Below, piece by piece: positions 51,580 through 64,000 of a DNA stretch of 64,000 bases. This DNA is from the human T2T-CHM13v2.0 reference genome, Homo sapiens: the NCBI RefSeq assembly GCF_009914755.1, contig NC_060934.1; one strand, 5' to 3'. Every line of letters begins with the position of its first letter. Position 1 is the first letter of the stretch. Below the pieces are notes generated by a model. That model was not told the DNA's origin. It ran no database searches and was given only the letters and a program-made list of their open reading frames with translations. The translations under genes were made by a program, and so were the position numbers.

Positions 51580-52595
51580 TTACAATTTGGCATGATTTTG
51601 CAGTGGCTGGTACCGGTTGTTCCTTTCCATGTTTAGTGCTTCCTTCAGGAGCTCTTTTAGGGCAGGCCTGATGGTGACAAAATCTCTCAGCATTTGCTTG
51701 TCTGTAAAGTATTTTATTTCTCCTTCACTTATGAAGCTTAGTTTGGCTGGATATGAAATTCTGTGTTGAAAATTCTTTTCTTTAAGAATGTTGAATATTG
51801 GCCCCCACTCTCTTCTGGCTTTTAGAGTTTTTGCCGAGAGATCTGCTGTTAGTCTGATGGGCTTCCCTTTGTGGGTAACCCGACCTTTCTCTCTGGCTGC
51901 CCTTAACATTTTTTCCTTCATTTCAACTTTGGTGAATCTGACAGTTATGTGTCTTGGAGTTGCTCTTCTCGAGGAGTATCTTTGTGGCATTCTCTGTGTT
52001 TGCTGAATCTGAATGTTGGCTGCCTTGCTAGATTGGGGAAGTTCTCCTGGATAATATCCTGCAGAGTGTTTTCCAACTTGGTTCCATTCTCCCCGTCACT
52101 TTCAGGTACACAAATCAGACGTAGATTTGGTCTTTTCACTTAGTCCCATATTTCTTGGAGGCTTTGTTTGTTTCTTTTTATTCTTTTTTCTCTAAACTTC
52201 CCTTCTCGCTTCATTTCATTCATTTCATCTTCCATCACTGATACCCTTTCTTCCAGTTGATCGAATCGGCTCCTGAGGCTTCTGCATTCTTCACGTAGTT
52301 CTCGAGCCTTGGCTTTCAGCTCCATCAGCTCCTTTAAGCACTTCTCTATATTGGTTATTCTAGTTATATATTCATCTAAATTTTTTTCAAAGTTTTCAAC
52401 TTCTTTGCCTTTGGTTTGAATTTCCTCCTGTAGCTCGGAGTAGTTTGATCATCTGAAGCCTTCTTCTCTCAACTCGTCAAAGTCATTCTCCATCCAGCTT
52501 TGTTCCGTTGCTGCTGAGGAGCTGCGTTCCTTTGGAGGAGGAGAGGCGCTCTGCTTTTTAGAGTTTCCAGTTTTTCTGCTCTGTTTTTTCCCCAT
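51580..52595 (-). pseudogene. L1 ORF1, disrupted
   Basis: ATG at 52595; premature stop ending the ...QEIWD fragment at 52140; 1-nt frameshift near 52020; C-terminus ...YQPLQNHAKL. Confidence 0.93.
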
Positions 52596-53625
52596 CTTTG
52601 TGGTTTTATCTACTTTTGGTCTTTGATGATGGTGATGTACAGACGGGTTTTTGGTGTGGATGTCCTTTCTGTTTGTTAGTTTTCCTTCTAACAGACAGGA
52701 CCCTCAGCTGCAGGTCTGTTGGAGTTTGCTAGAGGTCCACTCCAGACCCTGTTTGCCTGGGTATCAGCAGCGGTGGCTGCAGAACAGCAGATTTTCGTGA
52801 ACCACAAATGCTGCTGTCTGATTGTTCCTCTGGAATTTTTGTCTCAGAGGAGTGCCCGGCCGTGTGAGGTGTCAGTCTGCCCCTACTGGGGGATGCCTCC
52901 CAGTTAGGCTGCTCAGGGGTCAGCGGTCAGGGACCCACTTGAGGAGGCAGTCTGCCCGTTCTCAGATCTCCATCTGCGTGCTGGGAGAACCACTGCTCTC
53001 TTCAAAGCTGTCAGATAGGGACATTTAAGTCTGCAGAGGTTACTGCTGTCTTTTTGTTTGTCTGTGCCCTGCCCCCAGAGGTGGAGCCTACAGAGGCAGG
53101 CAGGCCTCCTTGAGCTGTGGTGAGCTCCACCCAGTTGGAGCTTCCTGGCTGCTTTGTTTACCCAAGCAAGCCTCGGCAATGGCGGGCGCCCCTCCCCCAG
53201 CCTCGCTGCTGCCTTGCAGTTTGATCTCAGACTGCTGTGCTAGCAATCAGCGAGACTCCATGGGCGTAGGACCCTCCGAGCCAGGTGCGGGATATAATCT
53301 CCTGGTGCGCCATTTTTTAAGCCTGTTGGAAAAGCGCAGTATTGAGGTGGGAATGACCCGATCTTCCAGGTGCCGTCTGTCACCCCTTTCTTTGACTAGG
53401 AAAGGGAACTCCCTGACCCCTTGCGCTTCCCGAGTGAGGCAATGCCTCGCCCTGCTTTGGCTCACGCACAGTGCGCTGCACCCACTGTCCTGCGCCCACT
53501 GTCTGGCACTCCCTAGTGAGATGAACCCGGTACCCCAAATGGAAATGCAGAAATCACACGTTTTCTGCGTCGCTCACACTGGGAGCTGTAGACTGGAGCT
53601 GTTCCCATTTGGCCATCTTGGCTCC
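52596..53625 (-). promoter_or_regulatory. L1 5' UTR: internal sense promoter (YY1 site) and antisense promoter
   Basis: The YY1 motif AAGATGGCC is intact at the 5' end and the region is relatively CpG-rich. The antisense promoter is an established feature of L1PA 5' UTRs; its activity here is not shown. Confidence 0.75.
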
Positions 53626-53742
53626 GCTACTTTCTTTCTTTTTTTTTTTTTTTTTTTGAGAAAGATTCTCACTCAGCCACCAGGCTGGAGTACAGTGGTG
53701 CGATCTCAGCTCACCGCAACCTCCATCCACCTCCGACATTGA
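53179..53742 (+). CDS. L1 ORF0-derived open frame, extended to 187 aa (translation unproven)
   Basis: gcaATGg then [27 protein letters not shown]..., the ORF0 N-terminus. The frame stays open across the L1 5' end into the adjacent Alu. Confidence 0.45.
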   Translation: MAGAPPPASLLPCSLISDCCASNQRDSMGVGPSEPGAGYNLLVRHFLSLLEKRSIEVGMTRSSRCRLSPLSLTRKGNSLTPCASRVRQCLALLWLTHSALHPLSCAHCLALPSEMNPVPQMEMQKSHVFCVAHTGSCRLELFPFGHLGSATFFLFFFFFLRKILTQPPGWSTVVRSQLTATSIHLRH

Positions 53743-53940
53743 AGCGATTCTCCTGCCTCAGCCTCCCAAGTAGCTGGGACTACAGGCGCATGCCACCACG
53801 CCCTGTTAATTTTTGTATTTTTAGTAGAGACGGGGTTTCACCTTGTTGGCCAGGATGGTCTCGCTCTCTTGACCTCGTGATCTGCCTGCCTCAGCCTCCC
53901 AAAGTGCTGGGATTACAGGCATGAGCCACTGTGCCTGGCC
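53635..53940 (-). mobile_element. AluSc-like SINE abutting the L1 5' end
   Basis: Antisense Alu; right flank attcttgctactttc, left flank only gctactttc. Confidence 0.92.
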
Positions 53941-56579
53941 ATTCTTGCTACTTTCATAGCAAAACATTTGGCTTTGGCTTTGCTATTCTGCTTTATTGTA
54001 CTCTTTGATATCCAGTATCTACCAGTAATGTCTGGACTGCATACATCGTTGAAAATACAACTGTAATTAAAGATTTAAATGCAATATTCTTTCAGGAAAA
54101 TCTCTTTCCCTGATTTTGTTTGATATTGGAAATGAAACAATACCATAATCCTTCAGGATAACTTCCCACAGCAGGACAACTGCAGGAATGGCACAAAATA
54201 TGAATTGCATAAATACTCTTATAGAACACATCAGACTAGCACTTTCCCAAGTTTTTAGTCAGATCTTTGCTACCATCCCTGAAACTGTTAATGCATATGA
54301 GTAGAAAAATTTTTTACCTTTGTAAGCAAAGATTCTACTACTAGAATAATCAAATTAACTCATTCTAATGCACATTTACTTAATTCATACTATGTGTGAG
54401 GCAGTTTTAGGATGTGATAGAAAACTTTGTTTTGAAGAAGCTGATAAACTAGGTGGGGGGGAAACAGAGTACAAATAAATTATAATGCAACATAAGAAAT
54501 AGCATAATAGAAGAATATTCAGACCACTAAAGTCAGTCAACTCTGATCCCCAAAATTAAGTATGAACCACAAAAAAATCAAGTCAGTGTCAATCTAATGC
54601 AGATTTATTTGAGGGCTTCTCTTTTCTTCTTTGCTTAATGTAGGTGAGTGCTTTATCCTTGCTATTTGGTAAATCAGCAAGGATTTATTATCTATTCTTT
54701 GCAGAGTAGTATGTTAGATGCTTTGAGGATACTAAATGAAAAAGAGTTTCTGCACCAAGAATGTATAATCTAGTAGAGGAGATAAGCTATCTATACAAAT
54801 AACTGTGTCTGCAGTCTGCACATAATTGTTATAAAAGAAGCCTTTACAACTTGAGCCAAATTCTTTTACAATGCAGAAAGCCACTCCTGGAGGTAGAGAA
54901 AGGAGAGAACATGAACAATTCAAGAAGACTTCTGTTATGCAAAAGATGGCTGAACTAACCCTGGAGGGATGGGTAGGATTTTGACAAGAGTGGTTGAAGG
55001 TATTCTAATTCACTTAGTACCTACATGTGCGAGGCAGCATGAAGGCAAAAAAGCCTGGGGCATGTTCAGAGAATAGCAAGTATTCTAGTTTGAGTGGCAC
55101 CTGGTACGTATATAAGGGAATAGTAAAAGATCTGGCTGGAAAGGAAAAGTAGGGGCAGGTTACGAAGGACCTCTGAAAGTCAGACTGTGGAACTGGAACT
55201 TTTATCAGGAAGCAGTAGTTAGTTTTTTCAAGCAAAAGCTAATTAGAGTTGATATTTAGGAGGATGAATCTAACAGTTGTGTGCAAGGATGCCTTCAAAC
55301 TGAGTGAGACTAGTACTGGAGACTGGTTAAGAGACTACAACAATAACCTGAGTAAGAATTAATACAGGCCTGACCTAGTTTTGAGTGAGTAGGATTGGAA
55401 ACAAGAGTTTTAGGTATTATAGGATTTATGCATATAAAATGGACTTGACAGAACTTGAAGAAAGAGAAAGTGTCAAAAGGACACAGAAAGTGAGGCAGGA
55501 TATCTTACAATGTTAAAGGAAAGGAATAATAGAAGTTACCCCCCACCCCAGAGAAAAAAAAGTAAAGAGAAAAGATTGGAAAGTTAAAAACTGAACTTTT
55601 AGAGAAAGACTGCATTTAGGGAATGTAGCAAATAAGATAAGCAACAGAAAAGTGAGAGAATGGGAATAAAGATATGCAACAGAAAAGAAGGGAAGAGAGT
55701 TCCTAGGAAAGGGTGGGGAAATTCAAATTCTAAAATATCGATGAAGTCTCATTTTTCATGTATTAAATTATCCAGTGGAGTTGGAAGATCCAAAAGAGAG
55801 CAATTAAATATGCTAGAGTGCATGGGGAAAATTGACAAAAGACCTAAAAGAAAAATATTTAACCACAAAATGAAAAGTAATAGGAGATGCTAAGAAATTT
55901 TGGATGGGAGTTAAAATTAAATCTCTGAAAGAATAAAAGGGAATTAATACTCAATTTATATCTTAAATAAATATTTCTAAATGTTACACTATGCAGAAAT
56001 CCTTCTTCCCTGGAAAAAATGAGATCAAGTCCTATTCAAAAAGGTCAAGAAGAAAGACTGAGGTTGGTGACCCGTGAGAAAAGTTTCTGAGATAAGTGTA
56101 GGTGGAATTTGTAGTATTATTTATCATAAGTCAGATGGCTGTTAACAAAAAGTTAATTTTACATCTCATCTGTTAGCCCAGTCGCTTTATAATGTTCGGT
56201 ACAACAGAAATGCCACTACTTTGTAACCACCTAAATGCTGTATTACCTTCAATTTCCATTGTGTTGTTGATACCCAAGCAGAACTCATTCTTTGTCATGG
56301 AGACTACAGAATACCACAAGCAGGCACTAAGGTTGGATAATGTGTTATCTCACATTCTGAAAGGAGGGTCTACATGGTAGATACATTTCTTGATTCTGTT
56401 TTGGGATAATTGGCTCCTAAGATAATTGGCTATTTCATTATTAAATGCAGTATGAACTTTGCAGAAGTATTCAGTATCTCTTAAAACCTGTTTCTTTTCC
56501 ATATAGCAGTGGTACCTACTTTCAATTTAGTATTTATTCACCATCTACTACATGCTCCACTTAGTGTTTTGTATTATTT

Positions 56580-56582
<3 letters not shown>

Positions 56583-56626
<44 letters not shown>
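56583..56626. repeat. (TG)22 microsatellite
   Basis: Perfect dinucleotide run. Confidence 0.98.
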
Positions 56627-56629
<3 letters not shown>

Positions 56630-57899
56630 TCTAACTTGTACATTTGGCCAATTTCTTTTTCAAGCATGTTAGATTTTTCTCTCTGACTTCTTTGTAGATG
56701 TGGGGTAGTTTTGTTTTTTACTTAAGAGACCTGTATTGATTATTTCTATGGCTGTCCTTGCTAATTCCCACTGGCCATTGTGAAAAATCTTGTCTATGGT
56801 GTATTTGTTTCTAAGACAGCCACATTACAATACACTCTGTACATAATTACTATGAATCAGCTGGCAAGAAAGAAGAAAATAATACTGGTTATTGGTAATA
56901 TTTGTTGATTTTATATGTTAGCTTTATTAAAGATTTTTTTTTCTTATCTTTTTTCTTTCAACTATTGCTACCTCTGAAGAGGCTTTTGGTAGTATTTAGA
57001 TGGGTTGTGCTATCCATAGGTAAAAATTCTGACCTGGGGGATATTACCTTTATTTTTCACTAGATGTAGGAAAGTAGATGCTGCTCTGTTTTTACTCCAT
57101 TTTGTTACATTAAAAAAAAATTACAATGTAGTCCTATAAGTTTCTTTTTTTATTTTATCCAGTACTATTTTAGACTGTGAATATTACTGGAATTTCTAGT
57201 TCTATTCCCTCTTCTCCCTCTAAAAATCAAAAGTGCCAAAGAGTAGTAGACCTTTTGTGATATGTTCTAGTCAAAATAGCTAAAAACTAGCGCTCTCTCT
57301 TTAAAGTTCATATTCATCTAGAACATCTCACACCTTACTCTTACCACTTTACTCACAGTAGTTTAAAAAATAAAACTGTACCCTGTATATTTGTTCATTT
57401 TTGTGTTTTATGTAGAGTTTCCATTTTGTTTTTACTTTTTTTCAAGAGTGAATTTTGTAAAACTTCCAGAGTAGAGTAAGTTACGGCCATTAGAGTAGCC
57501 CTGGAGGATGAGACTTATAGTGGCAATGATTATCACACCTTGACAACTTGGGAAGGGCCATGGGATGTGGATGTGGAAAATATATAAAAGGACATTGGTT
57601 CACATTTGAACAAAGTGGAAGGAATTATTAGAAAAGCACTTAACAAGGGTGCTGATCTCTCCCCATCTGAGGTCTTCTTTCTTCTTTTCATCTAATTTTA
57701 AGCACTGATCAGTGAATTCTTTCTCATTATTTTACATAAGCAGGTATCTAAACTTATAAAAAATTGATTATTTATCTTGTCTTTTAGTGCCTTTTTATTA
57801 ATATAAGTTATTTGGTTTTTAAATTGTGTTGCCAATGAATGAAGGAAGTCCTGTCAAAAGATATACATTTTACTTATCTTAAGGCTAACAGCCACCATG

Positions 57900-58102
57900 T
57901 CCAGCCTAGCAAACATTTTTTTTAATGAAAGTCCAAGTAGTATGGTCTCTGTTAAGCTACTCTACTTCAACTCTGTCTGTGGTAGCATAAAAGCAACCAT
58001 AGATAATATGGAAACAAATAGTCATTTGCTGTATTCCAATAAGACTTTATAAAAACAGGTGGCAGGATGAATTTGTCCTATAGGCTGTAGGTTGCTGATC
58101 CT
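57900..58102. mobile_element. MER58A-like hAT element
   Basis: tatggtctctgtt...tcaactctg...aaagcaaccatagataat...gctgtattccaataa...aaaacaggtggcagg. Confidence 0.7.
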
Positions 58103-58415
58103 AGCATAATGTATTGATTATACATTATGGTAGAGCCCTCTGTTGGTTGGAAGAGAGGACCAGGGAAAAAAAAGTGAAGATGTATTAGCTATACAGAACT
58201 TTCTAGTTGGTAAGACAAAAAGCAAGAAAATTACAGTAATATAGAATATGTAAAATAAAGGAGGATTCAGAACTGAGTAGGTAATTCTTCAGAGCATGTC
58301 AAATGTAGATTATGGTAAAGTAGAATGTTTATGGTTTAATACATCAAGAACTATATCCTTCATAAAATAAAATGTAGCTGGACATGGTGGCTACATCTTA
58401 GCCACCATATTTTTA

Positions 58416-58758
<343 letters not shown>

Positions 58759-59602
58759 TCAAGTGGTCTTGTCCAAAAAATGTCCTGATACATTTTTTTA
58801 AACTAATAAATGGAGGATTGCAGACTTACTGAATATGGCAGGATCCTTTAGCATGTAATACTTTAAAATGGATCCACACTGAACTTCTGCTGGATGTACT
58901 GGAGTAAGAGTGGCCAGATTTATCCTCCCTCCTCAAACAATGCAAAAACCAGACAAGGTATATAACATAAGAGTTTTTAGACACTAGACAATACTGGGCA
59001 GTGATCCCTGAGAGAAAATGAATGAGGCATCCCTACAATTTCCATAGCATTCTGCCTAGATAGCTTCCAGTCTGTAGTCTGCAGGAAGGAGATCCAAAAC
59101 AGAAAGAACCCAGTGGCCCAACTGAATGGAGACAAAGCCAAGGTGGCTAGAATTTGCATGAGACAGTGCGAGAGAAGACAGAGCTCCACAGAGATAGAGC
59201 ACACACACTGGATATCTGCAGAGGGCTCCCCTTGATTTTTAAGCCAAGTACTGAACCACATAAGTATGCTAGGAAACTACTTAGGGACAGGGATAAAGCC
59301 ACTGGAAAGGAATAAGTGGAACATTTCCTGAACTCAGATAAGATTAATAATAGTTTATAGCCCCAATAATCACAGTGGAAAAGCCTCTAATAAATTGGAC
59401 ATCTTTTTTAGTACTCAAAAGAATATTACATCAGTTGGGGACAATATTAGCTCTAGATTAAGAGCTGCTCTCATCTCACCTAGTAAAGCTTCTAAATAAG
59501 CTTGTAAAGAATCAAGTTGTTTTTGAGTAACCAACTGAATTTCAGAGTAAAGTTAGGGCCATTAGAGTAGCCCTGAAAATATATAATGAGAAACAAAATA
59601 TT

Positions 59603-60261
<659 letters not shown>

Positions 60262-60493
60262 ATATTCTACACCTAAAACATAAAATTCATAATGTCTGTT
60301 ATCCAATCAAAAATTACCTTTCATTACCTGAGAAAGGCATTGTTAAAAAATAAATAAGTAAGCCAGGCACAGTGACAAATGCCTGTAGTTTCTAGCTACT
60401 TGAGAGGTGGAAACAAGAAGATAGCTTGAGCCCAGGATTTTGAGGCCAGCCTGTGCAACACAGCAAGACCCTATCTCAGTCAATCAATAATAA

Positions 60494-60495
<2 letters not shown>

Positions 60496-60529
<34 letters not shown>
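60496..60529. repeat. (CA)n microsatellite in the tail of a FLAM (about 60361-60478)
   Basis: About 17 AC units. Confidence 0.92.
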
Positions 60530-60531
<2 letters not shown>

Positions 60532-61600
60532 ATATATAACCATTCATGCGAAGAAGCAGGAAAATACAACCCATAATGAGGAGAAATATTAATAGAAATG
60601 GATTTAGAAATGATACAGATGTTAGGATTCGTTGACAAAGATGTTAAAACAGCATTTCTAAATATATTATGTATTTCAAGAAGGTAAATAAAAACATAAT
60701 CCTATTAAAGAGTAATGTGGGAAATGTAAAAAAAGACCTAATTTCTAGAAATAAAAAATACCATGTCTGAGGTGAAAAGTTCACTGGGTAAGATGTGGCA
60801 CTACAGAAGAAAAGATTAAGGATCTTGAAGACATAGCAATAGCAATTGTTCAAAATGAAACACCTAGAGGGAAAAAAAGACTGGAAAAACAAGCAGTGTC
60901 ACTGTGAGCTGTGAGACAACTTTAGATGATCAAATATATAAAGACTACGGATGGGGCAGGGAGACAGAAAAAATATTTGAAGACATAAGGGCTGAAATTT
61001 TTCCAAATTTGATAATAACTGTAAACCCACAAATCCAAAAAGCTCAACAAACCAAAAGCAGAAGAAACACTGAAAAGCTACACCAAGGAACATAATCAAA
61101 TTGCATAAGATCAGTAATAAAGAAAAAAAACTTAAAGTAGCTAGGTTTCTAAAAACAACAACAACAACAACAAAAATGCATTACATACAGAGAAACAAAG
61201 ATAAGAATAGCAGCAGTCTCCTCAACAGAAACAATGCAAGCTAGACCTTGGAACACAGAAGGAAAGAGAATATTAACCCAGAATTCTAGACCCAGTGAAA
61301 ATACCTTTCAAAAACAAAAGCAGAATACTTTTTCAGACGTATAAAACCTGAAAGAGTTCATCAGCAGGAGACCATTCAGAAAGCCTCAGATCTAAATGCT
61401 GCCTGTAACAATTACCTGCTGTATGGCCTTGGACATACTTGAATCTCTCTGAACCTTCAAATTTTCATCTGTAAGATAAAAATAATGCTAATTTTTAGGG
61501 GTTTCGTGAGAATCCAATGATAGAAAGGAAAAGAACTGACATTCATTGAATGTCTTCTTTATACCAACCACGTATTATCTCATTAAAAATGGAAATAACC

Positions 61601-61802
61601 TGCCTGGGCAACATGGCAAAACCCTGTCTCTACAAAAAAATACAAAAATTAGCTGAGCATGGTGGTGCATACCTGTAGTGCCAACTGTTTGGGAGGCTGA
61701 GGTGAGCCTGGGAGGTTGAGGCTAAAGTAAGCTGTGATCCTGCCACTGTATTCCATCCTGGGCAACAGAGTGAGACCCAATCTCAAAAAAAAAATAAAAA
61801 AT
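61601..61802 (+). mobile_element. 5'-truncated AluJ
   Basis: TSD aaaaatggaaataa on both sides. Confidence 0.9.
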
Positions 61803-63034
61803 AAAAATGGAAATAAAATTCCCAATAATAGGGCTACTATCCTAACATTTTTCTTATGCTAGCCTCTTTCTTCTTGTTCTTTAATACTAAAAACTTGGGT
61901 TGTTCTGAAAGAAATTAGTCTAAGTAGCTTGTCTGTCTTACGTTTTGATGAAGCACTTTTTCCTAACTTAATTTGTTCTTTAGTTACCAGATTAAATATG
62001 CTTAAAAGTGGGAATGAACAACTCTCCTTGCTAGAATAGACAAGTCAGTTAATCACTTTGTGAAACAGTTAAGTTTCTTGTAAACTGCACTTTATTTTTT
62101 TGCCTGTGTTTTGGCTGCTTAATTTTTTTCAGTTATGTTTATTGAGGTATAATTTATATACTGTTTATCTAATTTTTATTATAAACCTATTGGATAGAGG
62201 CATGAGTGTCTTTATAGCTGTGCATTGCCCCATAGAGTTTTTGGCACTCAATAAAATGTTAAATAATATTTTTATTCAGCATTCTGTAGACGGGAAGCAT
62301 ATGGTAACAAATGTCAGAGCACAGGTTGAAAATCTCCAAAAAGTTATATGATATATTCTTTGGAAAAGCTAGTAGAGATACTTTTGTGAATGAAATTTCT
62401 CTTAAAAGGGGTTCCCAGACTCACATTTTATGCAACAAATTTCTCCAGCCTTCAGTTACTTTATTTACAAATTAAAGTTTTTCCTTATCAGAAATAATGC
62501 ATAAGTTAAAATAGTATAATACTAACGTGGTATCATAAGGAAGTATATAAATGGTTTGATAGATAACATAAAGTAAAGGTAACTCATAGTTTGAAGGACA
62601 GCATGAGAAAATATTTAGAAGCTTTAGCAGTATAAGTCTTTATGTTGTGATATATTGTATGAAAAGAAATACACAGTGGATAGTTCTTTATTGTTAAATT
62701 TCAGCATGACTTAGTTATGTCACTGCTACAGCTGTTGCAGACATTCTAGTGGTAGGAGACTTTGACTCAATATTGTTTTTCTCACCTGAGGATTCTAGCA
62801 CTATTTAATACTCTTATTTTAGTGTCAGAAACAATCATTGCTTCAGAATAACAGAAGACATTGTGAATTAAAACTTCAAATAAATTTCATGCAAAGGATA
62901 ATATCTCCCGGTTAATCTGTGTTGAAGAAATGGTTGACCATAATCAGGTATACAAAGCCATTTAGATAGCATATATCTAAATTTTCTTTCCAGAATTTGC
63001 TTACCCTCTGATTTGCTGACCACACTTGCTTTGA

Positions 63035-63158
63035 AGTTTTGGTTTTTGTTGTCTTGCTATGTTGCCCAGGCATGTCTCAAATTCCTGGACACAAGCAATC
63101 CTCCCACCTCAGCCTCCCAAAATGTTGGGATTACAGGCATGAGCCACTGCACCTGGCC
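63035..63158 (-). mobile_element. FLAM/Alu left monomer
   Basis: Single antisense arm; ctttgaagtttt on both flanks. Confidence 0.85.
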
Positions 63159-64000
63159 ACTTTGAAGTTTTTATTAACATAATTTGAATGTGAAATTACC
63201 TGAGTTTTTCTTGTTAACCTCATGTATAAAATGTGGGATAGGGAATCCAGGCACTGCTTACTTAGCTTGGTGCCTCTGGCTCTCATAAGACTTTTAATAA
63301 AGGTGTCAACCAGGTTTGTAGTCATCTTGCTGCTCAGCTAGGGGAGGATCTTCTTCCAAGCCCACTCATGTCCGGTCACAGCCCTCAGATCCTCACTGGT
63401 TATTGATCATGCACCACTCCATAGTCCTCACAACATTGCAACTTATTTCTCCTAGAGCGAGGGCTCAGAGAGAGAAGGCTTGTGATCAAGAAGATGAACA
63501 AAACATACCATCACTTTTGTCATATATTTGTTAAAGCAAGTCACTAGGTCTAGAGCACATTCAAGGGGAGGAGAATGTACAAGGATTTGAATACCAGGTT
63601 CAAGGATCATTGAAAACCATTTTGAAGACTGCCTCCTACACATATAATCCACAGATGGGACAGATCATTAAAGTACTCTAGGTGCTCTGACACTCATTTG
63701 TTTATCCTGAGATCTTAACAAGAACTTGAATTCAATAGGCAAAATGATTTCAGTTTCACATAAAGTATTTCATTTATTCCTAGCAACAATGCAACGAAAT
63801 AGGTATGGTTAACCCCAATGTTATTGATGAAGAAATTGATGTACTGAGTGACTGGCTCAAGATTACATAGCAAATAATTTGTAAAACTGGGACCTTAGTG
63901 TAGGCCTTTTGATTCTAGACCCTGTACTCTTTCCATTGGCTATAATTGCTTCCTACCAGTACTATGTTGCACTTAAAGCCATTCAAGGAGAATATTATAC

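Overview
This is AT-rich primate DNA (human or great ape, judged from AluY and L1PA2/L1PA3 content) from inside the adenosine kinase gene ADK, on the + strand. There is one 171-nt internal coding exon at 4733-4903, probably exon 7, followed by about 59 kb of one large intron. I did not see the next ADK exon in the window. The intron holds an MRPL35 processed pseudogene (7049-7784) and a Y3 RNA retrocopy (30864-30963). It also holds a near-full-length but inactivated antisense L1PA3-like element (48112-53625), a short L1PA2 insert, about 35 Alu/FLAM copies, and old L1M, L2, MIR, LTR (MER41, THE1, MST, MLT1, MER21-like) and DNA-transposon (MER53, MER2, MER30, MER58) relics. I found no evidence of a wholly new gene system. 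Four observations deserve follow-up. (1) The L1 locus has an apparent 3' transduction, no target-site duplication (TSD), and sits between a truncated MER41 and a clipped Alu TSD. (2) Its ORF0 is open for 187 aa, points the same way as ADK and has phase-0 donor candidates. (3) An in-frame ATG in flanking DNA re-opens a 192-aa MRPL35 retrocopy ORF. (4) The symmetric, stop-free ADK exon is bracketed by two nested inverted Alu pairs. Repeat names and comparisons with parent genes come from recalled sequences, not from a database search, and boundaries of old repeats are approximate.
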